From the NCBI GenBank assembly GCA_050013755.1, contig JBEKER010000005.1, positions 864-64,863 on the forward strand: DNA of 64,000 nt, in the 5' to 3' direction. This stretch comes from Halobacteriota archaeon (lineage in GTDB: Archaea; Halobacteriota; Bog-38; Methanoflorentales; Methanoflorentaceae). Shown here in pieces: positions 17,341 to 26,986 of this stretch. The notes under the pieces were generated by a model. The model was not told the DNA's origin. It was given only the letters and a program-made list of their open reading frames with translations, and did no database searches. Position numbers and translations under genes: made by a program. How positions within the stretch are numbered: the stretch's first letter is position 1; each line of letters starts with the position of its first letter.

Positions 17341-19681
17341 ACCGTGGAAGGGTAAATTAGCCGTCGATATCCGCGATGCGACTCCTGACTGGACGCCGTT
17401 CGTGCAGCCCACTGCACCTGAAAACGCACCGAACATCCTTTTCATCATCTGGGACGATGTTGGATACTCGACAATGGATGTCTTTGGCGGGCCCGTCGAG
17501 ACGCCCACGATGCATCGCATCGCAGAGATTGGGCTGCGCTATTCAAATTTCCACACAACCGCGCTGTGCTCACCGACCCGGTCATGCTTATTGACAGGGC
17601 GAAACGCGACCAGCAACAACATGGCGTGTATTACCGAAGGGACGAATGGATTTCCGGGAAGTAGCGGGCGCATACCGTTCGAGAATGGGACGATCGCTGA
17701 AGTGCTAAACGAGCGAGGGTGGAATACCTACGCCGTGGGGAAATGGCATTTGACCCCTGCCGAGGAGGAGGATGCCTCCGCGTGGAAACATCGCTGGCCG
17801 CTCGGGCGCGGGTTTGAACGCTTCTACGGGTTCATGGGCGGCGAGACGAACCAATGGTACCCTGATCTCATCTACGATAACCATCCCGTCGACCAGCCCT
17901 ACGCACCTGAGGACGGCTACCACCTCTCTAAGGATCTCGTCGACAAGGCCATAGAGTTCATCCGAGACGCCAAGGTAGTCGCGCCGGACAAGCCGTTCTT
18001 CATGTATTTCTGCCCCGGCTGTGCGCACGCCCCGCACCACATCTTCAAGGAGTGGGCTGAAAAGTACAAGGGCAAATTCGACATGGGCTACGAGGCGATT
18101 CGTGAGGAGATCCTAGCCAACCAGAAGAAGATGGGGATTTTGCCAGAGAACACGAGCCTCTCGCCAATCAACCCGCACGGAGAGCCTCACGTCTCCAGTC
18201 CGGATGGTAAGCCGTGGCCACTGCTTGATTGGGTTCGCCCGTGGGATTCGCTGTCGAACGACGAGAAGAGGATGTTTATCCGCATGGCTGAGGTGTATGC
18301 GGGGTTTGTATCGTATACCGATCACCATATTGGTCGCCTGCTCGACTACCTTGAGGAGTCGGGTCAGCTTGACAACACGATCATCATCGTCGCCTCCGAC
18401 AACGGCGCGAGCGGCGAGGGCGGTCCAAACGGTTCCGTCAATGAAGTCAAATTCTTTAACAATGTTCCCGACACGATAGAAGAGAACATAAAGCACATTG
18501 AGGAGCTGGGAAGCCCATCGACCTATAACCACTACTGTACAGGCTGGGCGTGGGCCTTCGATACGCCCTTCCCGTACTGGAAGCGCTTTGCGGGCTACGA
18601 AGGGGGGACTGCAGACATGTGCCTCGTTGCGTGGCCACAAGGGATTCCAGCACGAAGTGAAGTGCGACACCAGTACGTTCACGCTATCGACGTCGTGCCT
18701 ACGATCTACGACCTACTCGACATTGAACCGCCTGCGGTACTCAACGGATACACGCAGAGCCCCATTGAGGGCGAAAGCTTCAAGCCCACCGCTGACGATC
18801 CGAGTGCGCCCGAAAAGGAGACCCAGTTTTATTCTATGCTCGGCCAGCGCGCCATCTACCATCAGGGGTGGCTCGCGAACACCGTGCACCCCCCTATCTC
18901 AGGATGGAGCAATTTCGCCCACGACGTATGGGAGTTGTACAACCTTCAGCAGGACCGGGCGCAAATGAACAATATCGCCGGACAGTACCCTGACAAACTC
19001 GAACTCCTCAAGGGACTATGGAACTACTTCGCCGGCGTTTACAACGCACTGCCACTCGACGATCGCACGCCGCTCGAAATTATGATGACAGAGCGCCCAC
19101 AACCAGCAAAGCCACGAAACCGCTACATCTACTATCCCAACACGGCAGACGTCGCTGAGAGCGTCGCAGTCAACATCCGTGGACGTTCGTACACGATAGC
19201 CGCAGCCGTTGTTGTTGACACCACTGAGGTGGCTGGTGTGCTCTTCGCCCAAGGTCATCTCATGGGTGGCCATACCCTATTCATCAAGGACAAGAGGCTC
19301 CACTATGTCTACAACTGGCTCGGGGAAGACATTCAAAAAGTCACCTCGAATATAGAGATCAGCACTGGTCGGCACATCTTCACTGCTGAATTCGGCAGGA
19401 CGGGCCAAGACCCGCAGACCAGGAGTGCCCTCGGCACGCTCACCCTCTATATTGATACCAAGCAGGTGGGACAATCCGAGATTAAGACGCAGCCCGGCTA
19501 CTTTAGCCTGGTGGGCGAAGGGCTGTGCGTCGGTCGCGACAGTGCGTCTCCGGTCTCGCCGGACTACGCGCCACCTTTCACTTTCACCGGCGGAACCATT
19601 GACAGAGTGGTGGTAGACGTTGCCGGTGAGCCATTCGTGGACCACGAGAAAGAAGTCATGGGGTGGATTATGAGGGACTAG
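17333..19681 (+). CDS. arylsulfatase (Cys-type, formylglycine-dependent)
   Basis: NILFIIWDDVGY and LCSPTRSCLLTGRN (C-x-P-x-R FGly motif), GKWHL, VASDNGA. ~780 aa with an extra C-terminal domain. No signal peptide is evident. Confidence 0.9.
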   Translation: MSEPWKGKLAVDIRDATPDWTPFVQPTAPENAPNILFIIWDDVGYSTMDVFGGPVETPTMHRIAEIGLRYSNFHTTALCSPTRSCLLTGRNATSNNMACITEGTNGFPGSSGRIPFENGTIAEVLNERGWNTYAVGKWHLTPAEEEDASAWKHRWPLGRGFERFYGFMGGETNQWYPDLIYDNHPVDQPYAPEDGYHLSKDLVDKAIEFIRDAKVVAPDKPFFMYFCPGCAHAPHHIFKEWAEKYKGKFDMGYEAIREEILANQKKMGILPENTSLSPINPHGEPHVSSPDGKPWPLLDWVRPWDSLSNDEKRMFIRMAEVYAGFVSYTDHHIGRLLDYLEESGQLDNTIIIVASDNGASGEGGPNGSVNEVKFFNNVPDTIEENIKHIEELGSPSTYNHYCTGWAWAFDTPFPYWKRFAGYEGGTADMCLVAWPQGIPARSEVRHQYVHAIDVVPTIYDLLDIEPPAVLNGYTQSPIEGESFKPTADDPSAPEKETQFYSMLGQRAIYHQGWLANTVHPPISGWSNFAHDVWELYNLQQDRAQMNNIAGQYPDKLELLKGLWNYFAGVYNALPLDDRTPLEIMMTERPQPAKPRNRYIYYPNTADVAESVAVNIRGRSYTIAAAVVVDTTEVAGVLFAQGHLMGGHTLFIKDKRLHYVYNWLGEDIQKVTSNIEISTGRHIFTAEFGRTGQDPQTRSALGTLTLYIDTKQVGQSEIKTQPGYFSLVGEGLCVGRDSASPVSPDYAPPFTFTGGTIDRVVVDVAGEPFVDHEKEVMGWIMRD

Positions 19682-19905
19682 CTGTCTTCACATTTGATAG
19701 TACGACACCCGGCGACGACTCTCTGTGCCAAGAGACGGACCGAATGAAGGAAAGCCGTCGGGTGCCTACCCCCCACAAAATCGAATAAAATAAACAGGGA
19801 AAGCAGATCCTCACGAGCACAATATTTATCCGCACATTGAGTCGTTAGCAATCGTTCGCCTTCAACACTGAAGTGTGCTCGATTCCGTTTCTTTTGAAAA
19901 CCCTT

Positions 19906-21177
19906 TTACGCTCCGTGACATTTCTTGTACTTCAATCCGCTGCCACAGGGGCACGGATCGTTGCGGCCCGCCTTTGCCGGCGCAATCGGCTGACGATGCT
20001 TCGGCATCACTTCGGCCGGCGCACGCCCCTGCCGCAGGAGCGTAGTCATCTGCCGCATGGCCTGATCAATGTGCGCAAAGAAGGCCCGATAGCCCGCGCA
20101 GAGATAGTTCAGCCCGAGTTCGCCCGTTGCTGTCTCTATAAAACGGTTCTTAGGACATTCCCCATGGCACGCAAAGCGGACCGGACACTCTAAACAGTAC
20201 CGCGGGAGCGTGTCGCGCTTATTCAGTCCGAACTGACGTTGCGCATCGGAGGACACCAGTTCGACAAGCGGCGTGTCCAAGATATTCCCCAGCAGGTAGT
20301 TTGGCTCTACGAAGTGATCGCACGAATAGAGGTCGCCGTTATGCTCGAGCGCGAGTGCGGTGCCGCAGGTCGGGGAAAAGATGCATACGGCAGGCCGCGC
20401 CCCGGCCCACGCCGCTAAGGCGGCGTCGAAATGCTGCACGAACACGCGACCGACGTCGCGGGTGACCCATTCATCAAATATGGTGATCAGAAAACGACCC
20501 CATTGCTCCGCGGTAACTGAGCGATCCGTTACCGTGTTCCCTTCTTGGAAGCCCGTTTCGTTATGCCGCTCCACGATGGGTATAAACTGGATAAACTGTG
20601 CCCCCACGTCGTCGCGCAAGAACCGATACACCTCGGCGGGGTGCACAACATTGGCAGCACTAACTGCGCACAAAATGTTAAACTCGACATTGTGTTCTTG
20701 CAACAGACGTGCAGCATGGAGCACGCGGTCAAACGTCGGGTGTCCCGCCTTATCTACGCGATAGGCGTCGTGCAGTTCCCGCGGCCCGTCAAGACTCAGA
20801 CCAACGAGATAGTTGTTCTCGCGGAGAAAGATGCACCACTCCTCATCCAAAATGGTGCCGTTCGTTTGTAGGGTACGCTCAATGGTCATGTCAGAACGCG
20901 CGTATTTTTCCTCGCACGCGATCGAACGACGGTAGAAATCAAGCCCCATAAGGGTGGGTTCGCCGCCTTGCCACGCAATCGTCGCGTGCGGGATTCGCTG
21001 CGCGGCGAGGTACTGACGTAGATATGATTCCAGTACCTCGTCAGTCATCCGAAAGCGGCTGTGCGGATAGAGCTGCTCTTTCGCCAAGAAAAAGCAGTAC
21101 GAACAGTTCAAGTTGCAGATGGCCCCCGTCGGTTTTGCGAGAATGTGAAAGGTTGCCAGCGAGTTTGTTGAATCCAT
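19906..21177 (-). CDS. anaerobic sulfatase-maturating enzyme (radical SAM/SPASM) with C-terminal SEC-C motif
   Basis: CNLNCSYCF radical-SAM cluster motif, auxiliary cluster motif [14 protein letters not shown] (C-x2-C-x5-C-x3-C), C-terminal [16 protein letters not shown]. The track ORF starts at TTG 21222; ATG 21177 is preferred. Confidence 0.85.
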   Translation of the reverse strand: MDSTNSLATFHILAKPTGAICNLNCSYCFFLAKEQLYPHSRFRMTDEVLESYLRQYLAAQRIPHATIAWQGGEPTLMGLDFYRRSIACEEKYARSDMTIERTLQTNGTILDEEWCIFLRENNYLVGLSLDGPRELHDAYRVDKAGHPTFDRVLHAARLLQEHNVEFNILCAVSAANVVHPAEVYRFLRDDVGAQFIQFIPIVERHNETGFQEGNTVTDRSVTAEQWGRFLITIFDEWVTRDVGRVFVQHFDAALAAWAGARPAVCIFSPTCGTALALEHNGDLYSCDHFVEPNYLLGNILDTPLVELVSSDAQRQFGLNKRDTLPRYCLECPVRFACHGECPKNRFIETATGELGLNYLCAGYRAFFAHIDQAMRQMTTLLRQGRAPAEVMPKHRQPIAPAKAGRNDPCPCGSGLKYKKCHGA

Positions 21178-21429
21178 ACCGTGTCCATGCCGCGCACCGG
21201 GTTGCCCGCCGGTCACAGCCAAGTGCTTGTCCTAATTACTGTTTTTCGCACCCGCGTATATGAGTTCCGCTGCGCGAGTATGTGGGAAACGCCAAGCGAA
21301 ACTGATCGTCATTGCAGTAATTCTTCATACTCGTGAGGCGATCGAGCAGCTAATCAACCAGCTCCTTTTCGAAGTAAACAGTAATGTTCTTGCAAAACGG
21401 GGGCTTGCGCTGAGCGCTGCGCCCTTCTT

Positions 21430-22887
21430 CTAGCCTGCAGGAACGCGCGCCTCTTCATTGTCTGGCAGCTCGATATCCGGGGCCCGCTTTAGCACGTATG
21501 CCGTCACGACGCCCACGAGACTCAAAATCAGCGCTACGACAGCGATGTACGCAAACGCCTGATTAGTTGGTGCGAGGACCACAGTCGGGCCCTCTGGAAG
21601 GACGACCGTAATCGGTGCCTCATATAGTGTAAGCAGCGATCCTGCAATAGCAGTGCCGACGGCGCCCCCGATAAACCGGAATACCGTATTAAGGGCCGTT
21701 TCTGCCCCGGTTTTGCTCGGTGGCACATACATGATGAGGACGTTGATGGCGGCGACAAAGACGCCCCCGATACCAGCGAACAAAATCACCGTCCCTATCA
21801 CGATCTCCGCGAGCGTCGCATTGAACAGGAAAAACCATATGAAACTGGCCACTACAACCAAGGATGCGAGCACCAGCGCATTCTTGGCGCCTCGACGGCT
21901 CACTATCCTTCCGAACAGCGGACCGGCGACGAGAATAACAAGGCCTGCCGGAACAAAGACCAAAGCCGATTGGAACGTATCAAGACCAAAGCCGACCGGA
22001 GGGGGGGTGCGGGTGAGGTACACCATCGCGAGGTATACCATAAACATCGCGAAGCCTGCAATGAACATCATGAGGTTGGTCTCAAGGACCTGACGCACGC
22101 CCTTGAGCTTAAGGTCGATGAGGGGGTCGCGTACGCGCAGCTCTGCATACACAAGGGCGATCACGGCGATTATCGCGATCGCAAACAGGCTGAGCGTGTA
22201 GAGTGACGTCCACCCCCATTCGCTGGCTTCAGTGAGGGGCACGAGGAATCCGACAATCGCGATCCCGAGGAGCGAGATGCCCCAGATATCTAGGCGCGAC
22301 GGAGTCCGCACTGGAGATTCGCGAATCTTCCAGAGTACGAGGAGCGTTACGATCGCGGCGACAGGAGCCAAGAGGTGATAGTTGGTCTGCCAGCTGTAGG
22401 TTTGTGTGATATAGCCGCCGCCGATGAACCCAATCGTTGCGCCGACGGCAAACATCGCGCTGATGATACCTGTTGCGGTGGGCACCTTGTCGGGCGGAAA
22501 CTCATCGCGAATGAGCGCGAATGCGAGAGGGAACATTGCCAACCCCACGCCCTGAATTGCACGAAACGCGAGCAGACTCTCTATGCTCCACGCGAACCCG
22601 TTCCCGATCACGGCGATCGTGTAGAGCGTCAGTGCTACAAGCAACAGCTTCTTTTTCCCGTACGTGTCCCCCAGCTTGCCAAATGTCGGCGTCGTCAGGC
22701 TTCCTAGGAGCAGATAGATTGCGGGAACCCACGACACCACCGCTTCCGTGGTGTGAAACTCGGCCTGCAGTGTGGGCAGCGCTGGAATTAGCATGGACTC
22801 GCTAAATGACACCATGAGGCCGGTGAGGCTCAGGATCACTAAGACGAGCCCAGTGCTCACGCCTAAGTCGTTTGAACGTGTCGCCAT
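21430..22887 (-). CDS. MFS transporter, DHA2 family (14 TMS)
   Basis: 485-aa multi-TM ORF. GKLGDTYGKKKLL and the paralogy to 8103..9569 and 26987..28522 support the call. Confidence 0.85.
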   Translation of the reverse strand: MATRSNDLGVSTGLVLVILSLTGLMVSFSESMLIPALPTLQAEFHTTEAVVSWVPAIYLLLGSLTTPTFGKLGDTYGKKKLLLVALTLYTIAVIGNGFAWSIESLLAFRAIQGVGLAMFPLAFALIRDEFPPDKVPTATGIISAMFAVGATIGFIGGGYITQTYSWQTNYHLLAPVAAIVTLLVLWKIRESPVRTPSRLDIWGISLLGIAIVGFLVPLTEASEWGWTSLYTLSLFAIAIIAVIALVYAELRVRDPLIDLKLKGVRQVLETNLMMFIAGFAMFMVYLAMVYLTRTPPPVGFGLDTFQSALVFVPAGLVILVAGPLFGRIVSRRGAKNALVLASLVVVASFIWFFLFNATLAEIVIGTVILFAGIGGVFVAAINVLIMYVPPSKTGAETALNTVFRFIGGAVGTAIAGSLLTLYEAPITVVLPEGPTVVLAPTNQAFAYIAVVALILSLVGVVTAYVLKRAPDIELPDNEEARVPAG

Positions 22888-23158
22888 TTCGTGCTTCTCA
22901 CTCGGTGGGATAGTATGTGAGTGCGCGGCTGCGGACTAGGATGCCTGCTCTAGGGCTCCGCGCTACCCTGCTTCACTTTGACAAGAGCAACTTTTTGCAG
23001 ATTGGATAAAGTTTTTCATTTGATCTTGCTCAAAGATAACGACTGAGAGAGCTAAAAGAAGGCCGGAAGGGGAACTAGCAGCACTAATACTAGTCAGTCT
23101 CTTTCGGCACGCCCCGCAGTTGAAAGGGAGCTAAGCGTGCTCGTCGCCCCGAGATTCG

Positions 23159-23698
23159 TTAGGTCCGGCTTGTGCTCAGCGATTCAAGCGTGACGATATT
23201 ATCGATCTGTGTGATAGTACTGTAAGCCGGGTTCTGGATCGCGATTTTTGTGTACTGTTGATACACGGTCGGCGGGTGGCGAGCGACCAACTGGTACGCC
23301 TTAGCTTGGAGGGATGTCACGTTTGTCGTGAGAACGTACCCGGACGTATTAAGGCTCTGCACGTAGTTCGTTGCGTCGTCAATGCTTTTGAAACGGATGA
23401 TAGTCTGATTGTCGTTAATGCTCGTGCTCGCGGTCAGGTTGTACTGTAGCTGAACGTTGACCGTGGTGTCGTTTCGCCACTTCACGTCCCACGAGACGAG
23501 GGTTGTGCTGTTCTTAAACTGTCCATAAAGCGATGACACAAACTGCGAAAGAAACGCGTCATGTTGTTCGCTTGGTTGTGACGTTGCCGTTGACGGCGTT
23601 GGTGATGTGTTATTTGAGAAAGGCGAGGTGCAGCCGGCTACCAACACCACCCCAACCACGACGAACGCGAGGAACAAGGTCCAGTATGACTTATGCAT
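23159..23698 (-). CDS. lipobox-bearing secreted protein, unknown function, many N-x-S/T sequons
   Basis: MHKSYWTLFLAFVVVGVVLVAGC signal/lipobox, an S/T/P-rich linker, then a domain with at least 8 N-x-S/T sequons. Confidence 0.6.
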   Translation of the reverse strand: MHKSYWTLFLAFVVVGVVLVAGCTSPFSNNTSPTPSTATSQPSEQHDAFLSQFVSSLYGQFKNSTTLVSWDVKWRNDTTVNVQLQYNLTASTSINDNQTIIRFKSIDDATNYVQSLNTSGYVLTTNVTSLQAKAYQLVARHPPTVYQQYTKIAIQNPAYSTITQIDNIVTLESLSTSRT

Positions 23699-24165
23699 TT
23701 CAAAGGCTCCTTTCGGTATCGTTTCGGATTCAACCGTTGCTGACAGCCCACGAAGAGCAAAAAGCGCAACAGCCGTTTTTTTTATAGGGTGCTTGTTTTA
23801 TAAAAGCAGTCCTATTCCCGCCTCACGTTTGGGAGGCTGCCGACCGTGGGCCGTACTTCGCCAGGCAAAGGGCTACACGACAAATAAGTGTGGTTTTGCA
23901 GTTGCGTATCTGCCACACATAACTAACAGGCCGTTTTTGATGAGGACAAGGACCTGCGAACACCCATCGGTGGCATAACCTCCCTTTTTGCCTGGCAGCC
24001 GCCCCGAGAGGCGTCGAACAAAAGAGAAAGCTTTAAAATTCAGGAATTGCCTTTGTTCAAAATCGTAGCCTCAAGGATTACAAAAAACTAGATCTTTGCA
24101 AATGCAGCACCAAAAACTTCTAGATGGCTGTACCGAACATAGCCCTGTTCGACTGAAAACGCCCT

Positions 24166-25482
24166 TTGGGGGATTTGGCTTTGACTGACGCGAAAGAAAC
24201 AGCAGGCGTTCCGGAACACCGAGCCGAACCAGTGGTGCGCATTTCAAGAGGCGAACGGATTCCAAAGATTCGGCAGATCATCTTTGTCGCTTTGATTTCT
24301 GCCCTCTTCACGCTGGCTTTTCTAGAAACACTAGGGTTTCTCAACACGGCCTTCTGGCAGAACGACTTCGTCGTAACCAACCGCTGGATGATCCCCGTCC
24401 TCGTCCTGTTCTTCTCGTTGCTCGTCGGGCTTGTGGGGAAGTACATGCGCGCCCCGAACGTGATCCATGGCAGCATGGAAGATGTCCTGACAGACCCAAA
24501 CTTCCACCCCGACTACTCGACGTTTCCTGGCGCGCTGCTCACGTCCTTTTTCTCGCTGCTTTCCGGAGCAAGCGTCGGCCCTGAGGGGCCCCTCACCTTC
24601 CTCGTCGTGGACATAGCCGCGTGGCTCGGCACTAAGCTGCGGTTGGCGGAGCGAACGATGCTGGGCTTCGCCATGGCCGGCCTTGCCTCGGCCCTCAACG
24701 GCATTATCGGCAATCCCCTCTTCGCTGCGTTATTCGCCACCGAATTGGGTGGTGACAATGGAGGCCTACAGCAGATCGCGTGGAACCTAGTCGCCGGGGT
24801 GATCGGCTACATGTTCTTTGCGCTGATCGGGTACCCGGCTTTCGCTTCAAGCATCGCTTCCACGCCGGTGAATACGCTTACGATTCCATATTCGGTCGAT
24901 GCGGTCATCCTCGGCATCATAGGCGCTCTGCTGGCGATTTTTATCGGCGTAGCGCTTCAGGGCATCGGCAGGGTTATGGACCGCGTGTTTAAAGAGCGGT
25001 TCATCGAACGCGTTATGGCGGGAGGGGTGATCATTGCCATCGTCGGCTACTTTGTTCCCGAAGTGCTGTTCTCCGGCGAAGCGCAGATTCACCCGATCCT
25101 CGCTAACCCGATAGCATACGGCGTGCTTATGTTGCTGGGCTTGGCGATTCTCAAGGTCCTCCTCTTGGCACTCTCGTTCAAGAGCGGGTACATCGGGGGA
25201 CCTATCTTCCCAACGCTGTTCGCCTCCACAATGGTAGCCCTCGCCATCAGCCTGCTCTTTCCGAGCGTGCCTGCCGGTTTGCTGATCACGGGTATCATAG
25301 CATCGGCTGTCACGCTCGTGCTGGGTGCGCCTTTTGCTGCCATCTTGCTGACGGTCACTGTGGCGACCGCCAACACGTATGAACTTGGATATATTGGCCT
25401 GGCAACCGCTACGGCGCTCGTCATCGGTACAGCCTTTAGGACGCGGATGGCACAGCGCACCGCGAAGCGCGCAGGTGCGTGA
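24166..25482 (+). CDS. ClC-family chloride channel / H+-Cl- antiporter
   Basis: LSGASVGPEGP (G-x-E-G-P with the gating Glu) and GYIGGPIFPTLF (G-x-F-x-P-like), ~10+ TM segments. The start (TTG 24166) is uncertain. Confidence 0.8.
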   Translation: MGDLALTDAKETAGVPEHRAEPVVRISRGERIPKIRQIIFVALISALFTLAFLETLGFLNTAFWQNDFVVTNRWMIPVLVLFFSLLVGLVGKYMRAPNVIHGSMEDVLTDPNFHPDYSTFPGALLTSFFSLLSGASVGPEGPLTFLVVDIAAWLGTKLRLAERTMLGFAMAGLASALNGIIGNPLFAALFATELGGDNGGLQQIAWNLVAGVIGYMFFALIGYPAFASSIASTPVNTLTIPYSVDAVILGIIGALLAIFIGVALQGIGRVMDRVFKERFIERVMAGGVIIAIVGYFVPEVLFSGEAQIHPILANPIAYGVLMLLGLAILKVLLLALSFKSGYIGGPIFPTLFASTMVALAISLLFPSVPAGLLITGIIASAVTLVLGAPFAAILLTVTVATANTYELGYIGLATATALVIGTAFRTRMAQRTAKRAGA

Positions 25483-25857
25483 GGCCCTACCACTTGCATT
25501 CCGCGGCCTTTGAATGTTTACTTGATTCCTCGACCGCCCGCCCATTTTGGCTTACATCGCACTTGCTCGAGCCAGCTTCCCCGATTTCATCGCTCCGACA
25601 AGTTGGGGCAACAGCGATAGCTGCGTTCCCCCCATCCGTGCGAATCTCACTTCAAGGCTCGTAAGCGGATCACGCAGAGTCATTTCGCAACTTTTATTGC
25701 ATCCCGCAGTAGTAACTGGACAAGTCGTGCAGTTGGGGCGACCTAATCGAGCGTGTTGAGGTTGTGATGGACTACGAAGCCTACGGAGAAGCTTCCGGAA
25801 CTACTTGAGTTTTTCAACATTATTGCGAGAATCCGTCGTCTCAACGAGGTTTTTCGC

Positions 25858-26718
25858 TTGAGCTCGAGAATTCGCTATTTGTACGAAGTCCTGTGTTTTA
25901 TCCTGATTGTTTTTGACGGCTTTTTTTTGTTCCTCACGGTGATTTTCCCTCTGAAGTCAGGCACCATTGAAGCAGTCGCGACGTTTGACGCGGTTGTGGT
26001 GCTCTTTCTGTGGGTCGAATACCTATTTAGGGTGAACGAGCAGGATGACAAGTGGCGTTATGTCGCTTACCAATGGAGCGACATTCTCGCCATTATTCCT
26101 TTTGATTACATTGCTCTCGTCTCCTTCGGCATCGCCCTGCCGCTGACGATTGCCTTCAAGCTTTTGCGACTCGTGCGAATCGTCGCGCTTCTACGGTTCT
26201 CCCGCAGAATAGAACGAGAAGTTCTGGCGTTTGCCGAAAAGACCAGGCTTATCTACGGCCTCGCTATTTACCTTCTTGTCCTCATTGTCGGGGCATTGCT
26301 CTTCTTTTACTTCGAATCACCGGTGAATTCCACCGTGAGCACGCCGAACGACGCCCTGTGGTACATGATCGTGACCATGACGACCGTTGGCTACGGCGAT
26401 ATCGTACCCCGTACTGGACTTGGCAGGATAGTCGGCGTCATCGCAATGCTTACTGCCATTCTCTTTGCCAGCCTCGTGACAGCGACAACGACCTCAGCCT
26501 TGATGGAGAAGTTTCGAGCGGAGCGAGAAGAGATTACGGAAGCCAGCAAGGAGACGATCGGAAACGTCCTCGCACAACTGAGCGAACTCAGCGACCGATT
26601 GGATGAGCTCCCAAAAGTTGCGGAGCGCACCGATGAGATCAAGGCTGACTTAGACGAGCTCAAGGCGATGCGAGCCGAGGTGCAAAGCCTGAAAGAATCT
26701 GTCGAAGGGAAGAAATAA
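25858..26718 (+). CDS. 6-TM voltage-gated-type K+ channel with C-terminal coiled coil
   Basis: Selectivity filter TTVGYGD, S4-like FKLLRLVRIVALLRFSRR, C-terminal heptad region. TTG start, uncertain. Confidence 0.8.
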   Translation: MSSRIRYLYEVLCFILIVFDGFFLFLTVIFPLKSGTIEAVATFDAVVVLFLWVEYLFRVNEQDDKWRYVAYQWSDILAIIPFDYIALVSFGIALPLTIAFKLLRLVRIVALLRFSRRIEREVLAFAEKTRLIYGLAIYLLVLIVGALLFFYFESPVNSTVSTPNDALWYMIVTMTTVGYGDIVPRTGLGRIVGVIAMLTAILFASLVTATTTSALMEKFRAEREEITEASKETIGNVLAQLSELSDRLDELPKVAERTDEIKADLDELKAMRAEVQSLKESVEGKK

Positions 26719-26986
26719 AAGATTTAGCGTTTTTAGGTTTCCGGGCACCTGTCGCTTCAGCTTTCGAATAATCACAGACGGCGAGGAGCGCGAAGCAAAA
26801 TTGAAGCGCAGCTACGCAAACGCTTATCTTTAGGTGTGGTCCCTTGAAGCAAACGGAGCGCGCATAAGCGTGCGCCGAAGCGCGTTCTGCAAATTAGGGT
26901 TTTCTCAACTATTTCTTGAGCGAAATATCTCCACGGACGTTTGTGGCAGCCAATCAATTTCTCTTCTAACTTGCGTCCGCAGGTCG

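Noticed and set aside
24847-25545. 232-aa minus-strand ORF (similar cases: 54876..55595, 32087..32722, 34348..35109, 28095..28580, 40848..41510)
   Set aside because: All lie antisense to, or out of frame with, strongly supported genes (ClC, AI-2E, DUF6325-like/SHOCT, membrane protein, MFS, DNA ligase). Their low-complexity Arg/Ser/Ala-rich translations mark them as shadow ORFs.
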